NCBI GenBank assembly: GCA_965222235.1 | Contig: OZ244939.1 | Span: 323,396-387,395 of the forward strand | DNA: 64,000 bases | Direction: 5' to 3' | DNA from: Minisyncoccota bacterium | Lineage (GTDB): Bacteria; Patescibacteriota; Minisyncoccia; Phycocordibacterales; JABAAK01 | In this document: positions 61,932 to 64,000 of the stretch, piece after piece | Position numbering within the stretch: position 1 is the stretch's first letter | How the letters are laid out: each line of letters begins with the position of its first letter | Position numbers and translations under genes: made by a program | Notes under the pieces: generated by a model | What the model saw: the letters and a program-made list of their open reading frames with translations, nothing else | What the model was told of the DNA's origin: nothing | Database searches by the model: none

Positions 61932-62519
61932 ATGCAGCAGTATGCAGTTAAAACATATGATATCCCGCCGGTAGAGGGTATATCGGAAAAGGCGATGGAA
62001 ATTCATCTGGGTCTCTATGCCGGATATGTAAAGCATCTGAACGCCCACTACGACGCGCTGCGAACCGCGTGCGAGCAGGGCGGCGATCCGCTTGTTCTGT
62101 CGGCACTGACAAGGCGCATTGGTTTTGAACTTGCCGGCATCATCAATCATGAGCGCTTTTTCGAAACACTTGAAGGCGGCTCCGCTCCGTGCGGCGAGAA
62201 CAGCGCGCTCCATGTGCACCTCACGGCGCAGTTCGGCTCAGTCGACAACTGCATCGCCGGCATCAGAAAAACAGCGGAGACCATGCGCGGCATCGGCTGG
62301 ATCCTTCTCGTCTATGACAAAGAAGCTCGCATGTCCCATATTCTCTGGGTCAGCGACCATGAACTCGGCAATGTAAATCTGCCCGCACTGCTTGCGGTTG
62401 ACATGTGGGAACACGCGTACCTGCCGGACTATGAGCCGAAGAATAAATTGCAATATGTTGACGCATATCTCAAAGCGGTGAACTGGAAGAAGATTGAGGA
62501 AGTGTTTGATGCCTGCTGA
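61932..62519 (+). CDS. sod: Fe/Mn superoxide dismutase family protein
   Basis: IHLGLYAGYV, NHERFF, GIGW, DMWEHAY. Confidence 0.9.
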   Translation: MQQYAVKTYDIPPVEGISEKAMEIHLGLYAGYVKHLNAHYDALRTACEQGGDPLVLSALTRRIGFELAGIINHERFFETLEGGSAPCGENSALHVHLTAQFGSVDNCIAGIRKTAETMRGIGWILLVYDKEARMSHILWVSDHELGNVNLPALLAVDMWEHAYLPDYEPKNKLQYVDAYLKAVNWKKIEEVFDAC

Positions 62520-62582
62520 ACGTGACTGACTGAAAAACGGTGCCCTTCTCCCCATACTCATGTTCATCATCCCGGAACTCGG

Positions 62583-63997
62583 TCAGTCCTCCGCGTCGCT
62601 CTGACGCACCCCGCCGAACTCATATCCCACATATACAAGAAACACGACGCAGGCAAGCATGAGGAATGCCGGCAGCTGCGGCAGCGGTACTGACGCGTAC
62701 GGCACCGAGGCAAACATATCGGCGGAGCGGATAATCAGGGTGAGCGGAAAGTACGCAATCGGGGCGACAATAAGGGCGGCGGGCGGCAGAATAACGGCGA
62801 TGAGTATGAGCAGCGCGCCGAACGCCATCGCCAGCGGCACCAGCGGCAGAATCACCATGTTCGCCAACAGACCGATAATCGATACCTCACCGATTGAATA
62901 CGCGAGGTACGGCAGAAGAAACAGCTGCGTTGCGAGCGTCGCCGAAACGATGCTCCGTACCTGAAAACGATCTGTGAGACGGACAAAATACCGCTCAAAC
63001 ACCGGGGAGAATATAAGAAGACCCAGCGTCGCGAGAAACGACATATGAAACGAGGTGCTGTAGAGCGCCTGCTCCGGATTGTACAGCACCATCAGCGCAC
63101 CGACGAATACGAGAATACGTACGCCGTCATACTCCCGGTGCAGCGCGCGGGCGACGAGCGCAATGCTCGCCATACTGCCGGCACGCACCGCGGCCGTTTG
63201 TGCGCCGGCAAGCAGAACAAACAGAATAATCGTCACAAGTGAACAGACAAACGAAAACATCGGCGGCGTGCGGGAAAGTACCCGGCGGACCGCCTCGGCG
63301 ACCAGCGTGATGTTGTACCCTGAGAGCACAATGATATGTATCAGCCCGGTAATCCTGAACACCTCCAGAAGTTCTGCGGACAGCGAACCGCGCAGACCGA
63401 GCAGCAGACCGCCGAGCAGTGATGCCTCCTGCACCGGCAGCACCCGATGCACGGCGTTCATAAAGTGAAAGCGAAGAAAGGCGAAGATGGCAAAACGACT
63501 GTCCTTACCGTCACAACCGGAATTATCAATACGGGCGATTGCATAGACACCGAGTTGGCGCAGATATTGCTCGTACAGAAACACGCGGTTCGCCTCGGTC
63601 AGAAAATTCTCCGGCTTAACGAGCCGCGCCGTAAACGCGACATCCTCACCGGTGACACAGCGGGACGGATACGGCTCGTACACCAAAACGGAGCGGACAG
63701 ATCAATCAACTGATCTCCGAGATGCAGCGACTGAAGGGCGACGGTATATCTGCTGACCCGCTCCCGGTGCTCCACATCCCCCGTCACCGTGCCCCGAACC
63801 GCAATCGTCTCACCGTACACCGCACCCCAGTCGGCGTTACGCCGTTCGTCGGCGACGGTGACGCGGAGCATGCCGAGCAACAGCGCTATGCAGGAAACGC
63901 AGATAAGTATCGCGATCGGATACCGTCGGATCATATATAGCGATAACGAAAGGATACCGATAAAAAGCAGCAGGGATACCGTCGGAACAGTAATCAT
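62583..63997 (-). CDS. comEC: ComEC competence channel (membrane domain), frameshifted near 63690
   Basis: GLIHIIVLSGYNI, AVRAG.M, SFHMSF.AT; N-terminal part in ORF 63599-63997, remainder in 62583-63686. Confidence 0.85.
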
Positions 63998-64000
63998 ATA

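Overview
A ~50-55% GC bacterial chromosome segment with standard genetic code (TGA is stop). Gene content and style point to Patescibacteria (CPR, Parcubacteria-like): multiple type IV and VirB2-like pilins, a truncated ValRS, a four-domain S1, a degenerate HisRS paralog between lepB and rpsU, a split ComEC, a 23S-5S unit with no 16S, and GSPGxETxYFG-type peptidoglycan-binding (PG-binding) surface proteins. Housekeeping genes present: gyrA, tmk, rpsA, pth, lepB, rpsU, ybeY, ftsA, ftsZ, trxB, valS, ychF, pyrB, uppS, msrA, msrB, argS, rpmB, sod, comEC, tRNA-Ala and tRNA-Gln. Accessory regions: an array of genes with no homolog I recognise (ORFans; 1-2570), a pilin locus (2593-8775), an AT-rich defence island after tRNA-Ala (Hpy99I-like restriction-modification plus a HEPN-like gene), a 13 kb surface-protein locus, and two IS481-family elements around paralogous Cys/His proteins. 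The most striking pattern is two expression grammars. Most core genes look leaderless, with an extended -10 box 6-9 nt before the start codon and no Shine-Dalgarno (SD). A dispersed class of ORFan, mostly secreted or membrane genes instead sits in self-contained cassettes with sigma70 -35/-10 promoters, strong SD and terminators. This class includes an outer-membrane beta-barrel-like gene in a lineage thought to lack an outer membrane, a promoter duplicated as a perfect 41-bp inverted repeat, and two genes whose 3' ends (stop included) are tandemly duplicated as diverged copies. Taxonomy and functional calls come from motif recognition only; no database search was run.
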